DNA from: Callorhinchus milii
Taxonomy: Eukaryota
NCBI RefSeq assembly: GCF_018977255.1
Contig: NW_024704742.1
Location: forward strand, 43,836,001-43,900,000
Direction of reading: 5' to 3'
Length of the DNA: 64,000 nucleotides
The translations under genes and the position numbers were made by a program. Below the pieces are notes generated by a model, which saw nothing but the letters and a program-made list of their open reading frames with translations, searched no databases and was not told the DNA's origin. This document shows positions 1 to 12,900 of this stretch, piece after piece. Each line of letters starts with the position of its first letter. Positions within the stretch are counted from its first letter, which is position 1.

Positions 1-826
1 AATACTGACTGAAGTACTGTATGGCTACTGTGTGGGTACCTGTTAGAATGTTAAAATCGAGTTTCATTGTTATTGCATTGACATTTCAATATTTCCCAGG
101 TTGGTGAAGCTCTATTTTAAGTTGGGATATGGTCCTCGTCAATTCTCAATAGATAAGCATTAGTACATTTAATAGAAACTGATCTGCCCTCTGAATAGGA
201 CTGAAGCATTAATTGATCTACATGATCAATCACTGTTTTACATGCATTAAGCCAAACTCATGACTTATCTTTTTGACTGAGCTTTTGCTCCTCTTTCCCC
301 TCCCCACACTCTTTAGCTCCCAACCCCCAGCCTGGGTCCCCAGACAACAGCATAAAGTGCTTTGAGATGTCCTCCCTACATGAAAGTCTACATAAATGCA
401 TAGTGTATATCAATGCTTATAGAAACTGTCCAGCTCCGAAAATACATTCATGGAGCGTTTTTAAAGCATTCCAGACTTAATATATCCATTTCATTTAAAT
501 TAATATTTTCCTCCATTTATTGTTCCCCATCCTGTGGGAGGAACTATAGGAAATCATAAGACGTTTACCACACAGACCATTTGGCCTTTTGTGCCGTGCT
601 GGTGCAGCTCTCCCTTTGTGGCCATCTGTTCTCATCCTCTTTATTTCCTTGTGTATTTATCCATTTCCCTTTTAAATGTTGTCGTGCACTCAGAGTCAAT
701 AACTATTTGAGTGAGTTTACCATTCCACAGCTGCAACAACTTGAACTCATATGGCACTTTTCACATAGGATAATGTCTCGTAGTGCTTTATAAACGATTC
801 TGATTTCTAACAGCCCTCTGTATAAT

Positions 827-1506
827 CTAACATTGCCTTGCTGGATGGCCCAGGAAAACTGGCGAACCTGTCTCTTTGTGGGGGAACAAATCTGTTCCCA
901 ATGGGGCATAGAATAACTCATGAGAATGTCCAGTAGCGCTGTTTTCTAAGTATCCAGTTTGCATATTTATTAGCTTTGAATGAGCAGCACTGGGACGTAA
1001 TGGAAAGAGACGAAAGGCTGGATAGATTGGCTCAGTAAAATGGTGATGCATTCTGTTGAAAAGACTTGATGTGATGTTGGAAAATTCCTGTGTCAGATTC
1101 ATGTGATCAGCATTGTAGAACATGACAAGCCCCGTCTCGTAGTCAACGCACAGCCCAACCCTTTCTACCTGTGAGGATTTCATTTTGCAGTTAATATTGC
1201 TATCGTTGTGCCAGGCTAAGAGATGGTTATACTTGAATTCAGTGCACCATGACTGCCTGTTTCTCCCAAGTTTTGTGGATTTGTGGTTCCCTTTCCACTC
1301 TATAGACTCAAATGCAATTCCAATAGCCCACTGTGTAGAAGCTTTTACATCATCCTCCCAGTCATGCTTTCCTCTCATCAAAGCTTTGTCGCAGAGGATT
1401 CTTGGGAACGTTAGTTAATTCATTTGTTGCAACATGCTGGTTTGATCCTTGGAAATTAGCACGTTTTTGTGTGCTGATGCCACAGTGAGGGAGACCAATG
1501 AGTGTT
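827..1506 (-). pseudogene. PRY-SPRY (B30.2) terminal exon with premature stop
   Basis: tttctctcttag acceptor; HSLVSLTVASAHKNVLISKDQTSMLQQMN*LTFPRILCDKALMRGKHDWEDDV...WAIGIA...RVGLCVDYETGLVMFYNA...FTEPIYPAF. Confidence 0.88.
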
Positions 1507-2542
1507 CTAAGAGAGAAAAACATAAAAAACTTATCACACTCGTAAAGAATGGAAAGATTGATACGTTGTTGAATGTCTTCTATTTTGCACGACATTGCAA
1601 TTCACAGTGAGAGGGTGTAACATCACGTTCAGGAGAGGTACAGATGGAAATATAGCTTTCACAGTATCTGATACAACACAGTTGAGCTATGGTAGTATTT
1701 AGTACTGACTTTGTAAGGTACATTAACTCAACAACAGCTACTTACCTAATGTCTTTTATTTAAAAGAATGTCTCAAAGAACTTAACAAAGTGAGAACTGA
1801 AATGAATGTTCAGTAGGCAAACGCGGCAGACAATCTGTGCTTACAACACACCCAGACAACAAGATTGATGAGCAGCAAATTAATGATTTTAGAGGTGAAT
1901 TTTTACCATGTGTTCTGTTTCTAGATATCTGTTATTAATAGATAAACCACATAAACTCCTTCAGAGTAACATAATATAAGATTCCAGCTAGGAGCAGATG
2001 TATTGGTTCATCTAGCCTTTCCATTTAATTTTCCACAAGATTTCCTCTAAAACTAATAACCTGAATTGTTTTTAAGTTGCCAGAAACTTGTCTATTTTCT
2101 TTGAGAAGCCCTTTTGTTTCTCTTTCCACCACCATCAACTGAATGGTGTTGCATCTCAGGTTAAAAATACATCTGATGGCTCCGTATACTGTACGTTGAT
2201 ACACATTGCTGTTCCACATGGATCTTTTACTAAAGAGAAAGCCTCCTAATTTTCCTGCTCCAAATTATTATTAAAAAAACTCTTTTAAATGATGTCCCTT
2301 TGAATAGCTCACAAAGATGGAATTATAAAGAGGATCACCTCTTACATCCAGTAGTAGCATACCATAAATATAAAATGAAACTTAACTACATCTAGAGCTG
2401 GCTAAATTGCTTCCCAACAGTACTAATGGTTTGTAGACCGCATGAGCTGTGCTTTTCTTGCAGTAGATGTGATTGTGCAATTTCAATCATTCAGGGACTG
2501 TAGATAAATGTTCTATGAACAGTTAAGAAATAGTGCACTCAC

Positions 2543-2675
2543 TTAATAGGAATATCTTCCTTTGCAGTTGTGATTGAAGATTGGTTGAAATGTTCCATAA
2601 AGCTTTGATAACTTCTGAAATCTAGCTTCATCCATTTTAATGGCCTGGATCTTATTCTCAGTTTTCTTTAAATAA
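2543..2675 (-). pseudogene. TRIM post-coiled-coil exon remnant
   Basis: Strong acceptor (ttttctttttcttccaag) and gtgagt donor; helical TENKIQAIKMDEARFQKLSKL / ISTNLQSQLQRKIFLL readable only with frameshifts. Confidence 0.6.
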
Positions 2676-4129
2676 CTTGGAAGAAAAAGAAAATAGAAAC
2701 AGTGGTTGATGTTAAAGCGAAGCTGTAAATTAATCTGTTAAAGTGAAGCTGTAAATTAATTAAAAATAGCTTTTTTAAAATGCGACTGGCCACAATTTTT
2801 CATAGGTTTAAAGATTTTGTTTTTAAAAAATCATGTGCACTTATATACCTGAAGTACTTTTATTACATTTTTTTCTGTCAATTTTCTCTGTAGTTTATTT
2901 CCTTTTCTCTTGTGGGTGACGCCCTTTTTCTTCTACTAAAGTGCAACTCCATCATAGCCTGGTGTCGGCTTTCTTGCCCAAGTGGCCATTATTGACATGT
3001 GATCCCTAACATTTAGTGTAAGCAGGTTTGTAAGGGGCAACGTAACCTGATCCTGACTTCACACATACACCGTCTAACAGTTGTCTTATTTTTGAATCAT
3101 TGATTCTGACCATGATCCCAATGTATCTGAGCTTCAATTAATTAATAGAATAGTCAAGTGCCAATGCAATTAATTGTAACAATATTTTTGACATTCATAA
3201 TTCAAATTAAATGAATAAAGAGCCTATTTATACTTCAGTGAGCAATGTCTAATACTTAGACGAATGAACAGACCTACCCATATTTGGTAAATTTGATATC
3301 CTATAATATGTAAACAAAAAGTTATTAGTAGAAATATTATAAAATGGATTTTGATAATTAATATTCTGTTGTCAATGTCTGTAATCATGTGGCCATAAGC
3401 TGTCATCTCCTACTTACCCTAAGGACAACAGCAGTAACACAAAATGTAATATGTTTACGTTGTAAAGGAAATGTTAATAAAATGTTCAGTGGTAAGTTTA
3501 AAGAGGTAATTCAATCTCGGGTCCCAGACACATTTTGTAGGCTTCACTTTAGCTGTGTAAGTATAGGACAGTGGCTGAACAACTTGGAAAACTTATTTGT
3601 TACCTTGTAACTCAGGCCCATCTGTCTGCTAGTCGATGCAAAAAAAAGTACTAGTGTAGGGAGAAAGATTGATTTTATTTTGCCAGGTGAATCCTTATAT
3701 TATCAGTAGATTATTTTTATTAAAAAGAAGTACTAGCTAGGAGAATGGGTTGAAGGATTTATAGCATCCAACTGCTGTGATGAATGGGCTATTGTTTTTA
3801 TTTGCCTGAGCAGTAAAATAAGTAAAACACATTTTCACACATCTTTGAAAAAAATCAGTGCTGCAGTGATGTGCTATGTGGAGCGAGGTTTTACTTATTC
3901 CTGGCTCTGTTTAAGCATTGTTAGCTTGGCTCTTTTGGCACTGTGGGGCAACTCGCTTCTCTCCGAATGGTGCCAAAGGATCTTTAATACCCAGCAAACA
4001 GACAGATGGGATCTCAGTTTATCAGCTCATATGAAGGATGGCATCCCAACAATGTACGACTCTCCTAGCACTGCATTAGAGTAACACTGTCAGTTCAAAG
4101 TACCGATGTAGGGCTTAAACCTGTTGTAT

Positions 4130-4400
4130 TGTCCTGTACTGTACCCCTGTGACCTCCTTCAACCACACCGACTCAGCTTTTACCTTCGCTCAGCTACCTT
4201 CGCTCAAGAGAGCACTGGCCTGTTTCAGGTCTCCTGCTCTATCTGCCTCACGATTGGCTTTGAGAAATTCTTCTTCGCTCTCTGGACCTCCAACCGCCTC
4301 TGCCTCCCTCCCCTCATTCAAGGCAAATCGCAAAATGTGCTTTTGACTGCGCTTTCGGGCATCTTTCCCCCTTCCTAACCCCCTCTCACCTCGCTTTTGC
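4130..4400 (+). mobile_element. Decayed L2 3' fragment
   Basis: tgacctccttcaa...ctctggacctcc...cctcattcaaggc...cttttgactgcgctttc resembles L2 3' ends elsewhere in the window. Confidence 0.55.
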
Positions 4401-6139
4401 TTCTGAGTCAGACTCGCATCTCCTCGGCTGATGTTCCAGTGCAGTGCAGGAAGTGCGCAGCATTGTCGAAGTGCAGATTGTGAATGCAGTTGGGATGTGC
4501 CATTATCCTGCTGCATCTTGGCTGCGTCCTGCTTGTAGACACTGCAGTCTAGTTCAGCCGTAACCTCTGAACGTTCAACATGTCTCTGAGGTGCACGGGC
4601 AGAAGAAACAAACCATGTATTTTCTGCCATTGGTAACAAGAGAAACACTAATAGCGGGCAGGTCTTTTGAAAAGAGGTGTCATGAAAAATTTTAAACGCA
4701 GCCTGACTACTATTTAAGGTCTGATCTTTCATTAGACCCTGTTGCTTTGTTTTGCGGCTGCTATTTGTTGAATAAATCCGTGCAGGACAATGTTAAAATA
4801 TTTAAAAGCATGTGTTTGAATATTTTTCTGTGGAAAACATTGCCCTTTGGTCCATCAAGGATGGAGTGATCCAAATAATCCTATCTGAAGGGTTTGGCAA
4901 TGAAGTTTTATGTTTTCCTATGTGCATAGCAAAGTGAAATGAATGTTGTAAAGGAGGAAGCAGATTACTTTTCTCTTTCACTCCATTCTGAATGACTTTT
5001 CCTATTTACTGTGGCTGTATTATAGTTGGTGGGTTTGGGTTCTTTTGGGAGTTAAAAAAGACCACGATTTTTAGTGATCTGTGTTAAATAGACTCAAATG
5101 TTAGAGCACGGGAAGAAGGAGCTTTACTTTGTATCGGCCTCTGTAGTGAACCTAACTCTGTCCTGAACCTGAGAGATAGGAACTCTGTTCTTTCACCGAG
5201 TTGAAGATGTTCCATATTCTATCACCACAAATAAGCACTCAACTTCCAAAGATATTTTTCCTGCCCATCATATATTCTACTGTTCTGACTCAAGTATACT
5301 GCTCATTTCTCATTTCTGTCATCCAATATTACTTCTCTCTCTAGGACTATCTCCCCAAATCCTGTTTTTCCACCTGTCTTTTATCTTATTGTGATGTGAA
5401 AACGGCGATTTTTTTTTCTCTCTCCATCTAAATTAAGTTTAAATATTAATTTTGACACATTTGTAGACTAACCATGAACGCGAGGGCTGTGAGATACCTC
5501 CAAAAATTCCATTTGTGCACGTGAAAATTGTGAAATTATACACAAAGTTCCTGGGGACATGATTTCCCCCATGTGGGTTAGTCGCTAAGATGCAATTTCC
5601 CAACCTCTCTTGGTCACGTGCACAAACTTGATTTTATGTGCCAATAGCACAAGGTAAATTTTTATTAACTGTTGTGAGTTAGAAGTTAGATCATGAGTGA
5701 GAGTGGGAAAGAGAGTCGTACAGAGGCAGAAAGGAATATAAAGTTATAGACTGAGGGGAGGGGAGAGAGAGACAAAGCGTTGTACAGAGAGACTTGGCAG
5801 GAGGGGAGAGAGAGATTTGGAGAGGAGAGCTGGAACAATGTGATATCATGGATTTGTCAGTGTTTAAAATGTGGAAAACAGTTTATCACTGTTATTAGAG
5901 TAATTCTAATGTACTGTGATGTTCTAAAATTATGTGAAATGTAATGTTTTTGACTGGTCTAATCACTGTACTACACTTTTTCAAAACTCAGATATAACTA
6001 TGAAAATGAGGGTGGGGTGTCTCCTTACATTCAGGACAATATCGATTTGACCTAGATGTTGGTCAACCACCTCAAACATCCTTTGCTTTCTACCCTTAGT
6101 GATTCCAATTGGTGTTAGATGTTGAAAGGCACTAAATCA

Positions 6140-6640
6140 CAAGATCACTAAATTGGTTTGGATGAAGAAAGTCCTTTGGCCCATCTGATCTCATTCCCTC
6201 CACACGACACACCCTACCTTTCTCCCATCACAGCATTATGTCCTGGCCTCCACCACTCTTCCTGGAAACCTGTTCCAGTTGTTAATTACCCTTGGGTTAA
6301 AGAGAAACTTCCTAGTATCTGTCCTGAAATTGCCCTTTGCAATTCTAAACCTATGTTGTCTTATTCACTACCTTGTTGCATCCAAAAGGATCTATGTAGG
6401 TTTACAAGTTTTATACATGGCTCTAAGCTCCCATTTGAGCTATCTTCTCTCAAGATTGAAGAGCCCTAACTTGTCTAATCATGGCTCATTCCTCTTACAT
6501 TGAGGATCATCCTCGTTCATCTCCTCTGCATTCTCTTTAGGGCCAGGGTAGCCCTCTTATGTCACCATGATTAGAACTGTATGCAATACTCTAGATGCAG
6601 CTGGACCAGCGCACTTTACAGCTTGAGTATGACATTATAA
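6140..6640 (-). mobile_element. Old CR1 3' fragment
   Basis: Reverse complement resembles the CR1 3' region at 43400-43980. Confidence 0.65.
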
Positions 6641-6842
6641 GTGCAAGTTACTGTTAAGTTGAAGATGCTCCATATCTCATCGCTGTGATGAACAGGAATG
6701 TTCATCCTCCCAAAACTAAACATTCCTTTTTAATAGCTGCTAAAGCTTTATTTTTTGATCCTTCACCCAATGTATCTGATTTTGTGACAGCACTTAGGAT
6801 AATAAAATAAACTTTTAACTTGCTTTTCTTCGTTTCTCATAG

Positions 6843-6915
6843 GTACTCCCAGTTTTATTCACAGGAGGAATTCTGTCACTATAACATGTTTAATCATTAT
6901 TTCTTTGGGGGAAAG
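6843..6915 (+). CDS. ZCCHC4: ZCCHC4 exon: (R)[24 protein letters not shown]
   Basis: tttctcatag acceptor, gtaaga donor, 73 bp. Confidence 0.95.
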
Positions 6916-9900
6916 GTAAGACCAGCCATACACAATGTCAGAATGCATTTTTATTGCATTATATAATGTTTCTCCCACAGCATAAACTTGACACATTCCT
7001 TCACTGCAACAAAATGCAATTTCAGTTATACAACCCTGTCATTACCAAAAACAGGCAGTAAGTATTGTGGAAATCAGCAGAATTAATAAAGGAACTTAAA
7101 GTAGAATGGAGAAGAGATCATACTGGTACCTGTGAAATCCAGAACGATTTGCTATCGTCTCACAACTTAGATCAGGAAGGGAGGAGATCACAAGCATGAC
7201 AGTTCTCAATCAGCTGCATTGCTGCCATTCCAGGCAGAACGATGAGCCTTGCCAACAAATATTACAGGGGCTCTTTCACCTTTTCATCATAAGAACAAAG
7301 GGAGGGATGCGGGGAGAAATCTGCCTAGAGTAGGGGTAATAATGGTTGAGGGCTCCGCTCCGCTCCTCTGGGGGGACAGAGAATGGGGAATGAGCAGTTG
7401 GCCATTAAGACTATTTCAATGTTAGATTATGGCAGATTTTAATCCCATTTTTCCATATCCCCAAAAATGTGTCCATGTAGCATTAAATAGCACCAATTTA
7501 ATGTGCAGCTGACAAAACAAGTCTAAAATCCACCTGAATCCCTTTAGATACAAATTGCTGAGCAGAGTCTGTTTACTTTTGCACTTTCTTGATATTTACG
7601 TAAATTTACCAGGGATTCTCGAATAGTAATACATTTGATATAGCGTCTTTCGCTTCGGAAGTAGGTCTCAAAGCGCTTTGCCGGATTCACTGTAAATGTA
7701 GTAACTAGTTTTTTGGGGAATATCAATCAAGAAGAATTTTGGCAAGATTTTTTGCCTGTCTTATTCTGAGCCCTTTCTCTACTCCCTCTTCTTCCCTTTC
7801 ACCCAAACCCTGATGAGCCTACCTAACGTAGAACAGGAATCAGATCTGAGACCTTTCTGGTCTTTCCAGCACTTCACTATACATGCCACACGTTTCATTC
7901 CCAGACCCAGCTGTCAAAAGCATTAATTAGTTCTGCTGGGATCCTGTCCAACATAGCTTTTAATGGGAGGCAGAGAGAGAAATTTATTTTTAATCTCTGG
8001 ATCTACTGAGCAGTAGCATTCCTGATAAAATATCCAAGAGCTGCTGAAAGTCTCAATTGAAGAGAATCAATAAATAATGCACCGATAATGGAGCATCTTC
8101 ATTGCTGTGTGCAAATTGGCTGCTGCGTTTGCCTACAAAAATACAAAGGGCTGCACTTTACAGTAAAATCCATGAAGCACTTTGAGACAGCATCCTGGGG
8201 TGAAAGGGGCTAGATCAATTATAAGTAGTAGTATTATTTAGTTGATGGGGATTTGACTCTCAAAATGTTAGTTTGTGCTCTGTTCCCGATCCTCCTCCTT
8301 CATTGATTTTTTTTAATATGGACTTTATAATCTATTTTGATTATTTTCAATTTCAAAGAAATAATCAATTATTTATCATGTTTTTAAAATATGATTTCAA
8401 CATTATTTATCTGTAGCATTGTTCAATGTATTGATTTAATTTTTCAGAAAAAAATACCTTATAGTTCTTTGCTGTAAATGGTCACTTGAAAGCCAGCTAA
8501 ACTGCCTATGGCAGCAAGATGCACAAGATATTTCATGAGCAATGTGGTTATTTGACTCTTGGCTTAAAAGTGAAAGAAACAAAAGGGCACATACTGCAGA
8601 AGAAAATTAAAGTCTGTGTTGGTTACCTCATCGGTACCTGTTAACGTTCTATCTTATGGTTTATCTTTTGCTATCAAAGCTGCCAACATTCATTACATTT
8701 GGCGTGGAATCCAATTTAAGATCTTGTTTGTGCCACTTTCTCCTTGTCTTTTCTCATTTTCAAAGGTTTACAGTTCTCTTATTTCTTCAGTTCTGTCAAT
8801 CTCAAGAGTCCCCTTCTCAGACCTGTCACACCGTTCTGTTATCTTGCCATTTATATTCGAATAAATTATGCACAAAAACGTACCACCTGTTATACTTGTC
8901 ACCTTCAAGAGTTTCCTGCACTCACAGATCTTGGTACTTTATACCCAAATGCTTATTCTTAATATGTAAACTTGATGTTGAATGTCTGCAGGATATTTCT
9001 AGATTTCTTCCCCAGTATCTATCTCACTACTTTTTTAAACATCTCAATTGGTTCTGCAGATGCAGCTTTCTGAGGCAATGCATTCCACTCTCACAAATGT
9101 GTGAGGAAATGTTTTCAATTCTCAACTCTTTAATAGACTTGGTCCTTAGTTTGACAGTTTCCTCTCGTTTGGATCCTTCTATGCAATGATTCATTCCCCA
9201 TTTACTTTGCCAATACTTTAATTTTTGAAACTGTGAGTGTGAAGCCAGCACTGATTTTATTTACTTTTTTTAATAGTTTGCCTCTGAAGCTTGTCAAAGA
9301 TTCTTGTGCCAACCTAATGGAGAGTCTGTTATAATGGTGACTGACCCACCTTTTGGAGGTATGGTGGAGGCTTTAGCTCACAGCTTCAAAAAGGTGGTCC
9401 GCCTGTGGAAAACTTCATGTGATCAAGGTACAGTGTTTGTGTGTGACATGTGGAGAAAAGATTTATGAACCAATTGTTTTTATACTTTGTTCTGGAGAAG
9501 ATGATAGCGACCATTCTACCTACAAATATTGCCAGTGATATTTTCCTCCCTCTCACTGGGACATTCACGGTTTTTGTTATCTCTTGACTTTTTTTAAGAC
9601 CCTGTCTCTGGCAGTTATTTTTTCAGTTTTATGTCATCAGTTCTCTTTTCATGATCAACTTATGATTTTCCTAGTTTGGGGTTGAATGGGTGGGGGGGGG
9701 AATAGAAAGAACAGGTATGCATGTGTCTCTCTGACTCAAAGGTGAAATGACTGGGAAAAGGGGAGCAGGGCTGAATCAGCTCTCTATAGTGGGCTCTACT
9801 CTAGGCAAGTCTGCATTACAGTGAACAAATGCAGTGTCAACCTCCCTCTCATTGCAACTTCTTCTTGGATTGGATTTATTTAGCCTTTCTTGCAGCTGTG

Positions 9901-12900
9901 TTGCCACTGCCTTTATGTTAAAACTAAAGGCAAAATAAAGCCTACAGTGATTTTTCTTCCCCGCAGGTGATAGAGAGCTTTGGCCCAGGTGCCCATTGCA
10001 CATTACCTCATGGCAGTGAGATGGAACAAGCTGCTTGACTGAGGGATCGTTAGTATCACATTTGATCCCTTCACCAACTGGTGCATGGGTGTTTTGACAA
10101 GTCACTACACAACAATTTAGGGAACAAGGAGGTCTTTTTCCTGTTTCTCGAGACACTGAGGACAGTTGTGACAGGAGCAGATAGTCTGGGTCATTTTTAA
10201 CACTGTGTGACACATGACTTTATTTAAAATTCATTTAAAAAAAGGTTTCAAAACTGGTGATCACTCATAAATTGTTCACACTTGCACAGCGTAATAACCT
10301 GCAGGTAAATGAGAACAGTGATAAGTATCAACAAAGTTACTCTGAATTCTTCCTGGAACTAAATGATTACCTGCACTACCTTTCTCTGGGCAAGTAGTAG
10401 GCAAATTTCCTTACTCCACATGGCTGATAATAATAAAAAGTGCTATGTCAAATGCAAGGATTATTATTATTAAGAGAATGCCATCAATAGGGAGCCAGGC
10501 TAACAGCACAAATGTGGGCATGCCACGATAGATTTCCTGGAGTTTTGTTTTACAGTCCGTGGGAAAGGATGGCAGGGAAAAAAAGTTGCAAAACTTTCCC
10601 TCCTTTGATGAACTAATTGGGCAATGACCCTGATATTATTTGATCTGTGTGAGGACCAGGTTTAATGTTGTTAACATTGTTGTTCTAAAAGTACATCTTT
10701 CATTCATGCTTTTTTTTGTCCTGTTCCCCCACCCCTCCCCATCAGCTCACAATGAAGAACTGCCCATGTTCTGGATATTTCCATACTTCTTTGAACCCCG
10801 CATTCTACAGTGTTTCCCAACATTCGCTCTGCTGGATTATCAGGTGAGGGGAATTGTGTCTTTGTGTCAAACTCTTTGCAAAGAGCCTGTTTTGCTGATT
10901 GTTTCAATCTGGAGATGAGCGAGATGGGATCAATGATCCATTGTCTCCTGAAATGGTTGCTATTTTCCTATAATCAGCTCTTGATTTAAACCCTGTGAGA
11001 ATTTGCCTCAGTCGGTCATACAGAATCCAACTTGACTGAATCTGTTCCAAATTGTCACTGAGCTGGAATGAGTGGATGGAGACATCCAGTTGCAAATATA
11101 TAGTCTGAAGATAGCCAAGTAGTGTATTAGCCGAGATGGAATTCTTTGAGCTTTAAAAGAGCGGAGTGTTAAAAGGATCAGGGAGCGAGCCAAAGAGTGG
11201 CCTTAGATTTCAGCGGCTCACAAAGAGAAAAATGCTGGCTTGATGACTTAATGGTCAGAATGGGCTGTTTCGTTGCTCTAACATTCTGTGATTCTAGGTC
11301 TAAACACATCTGTAACTTTTTAAGAACAGCAAATGGGATGTTGGCAAGCCACTGACAACCAAGCTAGATTTTCCAAAAGAATAGGGCAACATTTCCTGGA
11401 GATTAATAATAATAATAATCCTTGCATTTGATATAGCGCTTTTCACGTCTTCTAGACGTCCCAAAGCGCTTCACAGAATAATAATAATAATAATAATCCT
11501 TGCATTTGATATAGCGCTTTTCACGTCGGGAGGACATCCCAAAGCGCTTCACAAAACACACTGTAAAGTGAATTGACTGTATATTTGTGGGCGAACGTGG
11601 CAGCCAATTGCGATTAGTTATCTTCAGGAAATTATCTTTCACCCACAGAAAGCTACTTTCGCCCACAAGTATACAATTAATTCACTTTACAGTATAGTCT
11701 GTGAATTAAAGTGCTTCACACTTTTTTCAAAAAAGGCTTTCAATTTTTGGATTTGCTTGCTATATTTTACAGATCATTGGACCAAGTAGAGTTTTATGTT
11801 TTAAATTGTTGTTTCCATAAGGCTTTTTCACTCAGTGCCTCATGAAGCAGCTGGAAGCTATGAAAGTAGGTGATTAAATCTAAAATTTTATTCAGAATGC
11901 ATACTCCACTTCCAAGGTCTTTGTGGGGATTGATAGCAGACTCACTAAGCCTATCCCTCTCAAAAGAGGGATAAGACAAGGATGTCCACCCCATTCAGTG
12001 TGTTCATCATGATGTAAACAACCCAAAGGCACTGTTCTTCACCATCATCCTTCTCCTCTACGTCCCCTTCCGCACCCCCCAGACAGTCTACAGTAACCCC
12101 TCCTTCCACCACGGCCGCTACTGCTCCCCCTTCCCTTCACTCTTTCGCCCCGATTACGCCCCCATCCCTCTCAATCACCATGTCCCAGAATGAAGCCCAC
12201 CACTTGCTGCCTCGATCTCCTCCCTCTCCTCTCCCTCCTGCTGGCTGACACAATGGACCTCTCTTCAGATTCTGTTCCTCTCCCCCTTAAAACCACTGTC
12301 ATCACTCCCCTGCTCAAAAAACCCACGTTTGACCCCTCCAATCTCACAAATTATCGTCCCATCTCCAACCTGCCCTCCTTGCCAAGCTCTGGAATGTATT
12401 GTCGTTAACCAGCTTTGCTCTCACCTCTCCCTCCACTCCCTCCTCGAGCCCCTCCAGTCTGGTTTCCGCCCTGCCCACAGCACAGAGATGGTGCTTGTCA
12501 AGGTCATAAACGACGCCCTCGCTATCTGTGAACAGGGCTCCATCTGCCTTTGTCCTCCTGGATCTCTCCACTGCTTTCGACACATTCGACCACACCATCC
12601 TCATCCACCAGCTCTCCTCCCTCATACATCTCAGTGGGACCGTACTATCCTAATTCGAGTCCTACCTAACAAACCGCCTTCTTTATCTCCTCAAATGGTT
12701 TCTCTTCCCACCCGATTACCTGTCGTGTACCCCAGGGCTCCATCCACTTTCTCATCTATATGCTCTCTCCCTCCATATCCACTCTGCCACCCACTTCCAC
12801 AGTCACCCCCTCAACCTGGTGATCACTAGGGGCCTCACCATCATCGACAAAGCGATCTCGGACCATCACTTCATCTCCCTTAACTCCTCAATCCTTCTCC

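Larger units (their letters stand above)
827..10300 (-). pseudogene. Decayed TRIM25/finTRIM-like gene (RING, B-box, coiled-coil, B30.2) antisense to ZCCHC4
   Basis: B30.2 exon from acceptor at 1506 with in-frame TAA (1415-1417); frameshifted exon 2543-2675; coiled-coil end ...KLQRKLTEKNVIKVLQ with donor after 2849; RING and B-box remnants about 9780-10300 (KSCVTQC, HNCPQC, IKCD...VMCNGHL...SPAGKKNH). Confidence 0.7.

Noticed and set aside
20..3610. Possible upstream ZCCHC4 exons (CVGT at about 29-40; ag|RLH at 3541)
   Set aside because: Both run into stops or unrelated sequence and lack the expected PR donor or LLDID motif.
4190..4732. 180-aa minus-strand ORF
   Set aside because: No recognisable domain, and its distal half is antisense to a decayed L2 fragment.
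8566..8584. IRF/ISRE-like AAAAGTGAAAG near the TRIM remnant
   Set aside because: A short A-rich motif expected by chance, and not at the predicted TRIM 5' end.
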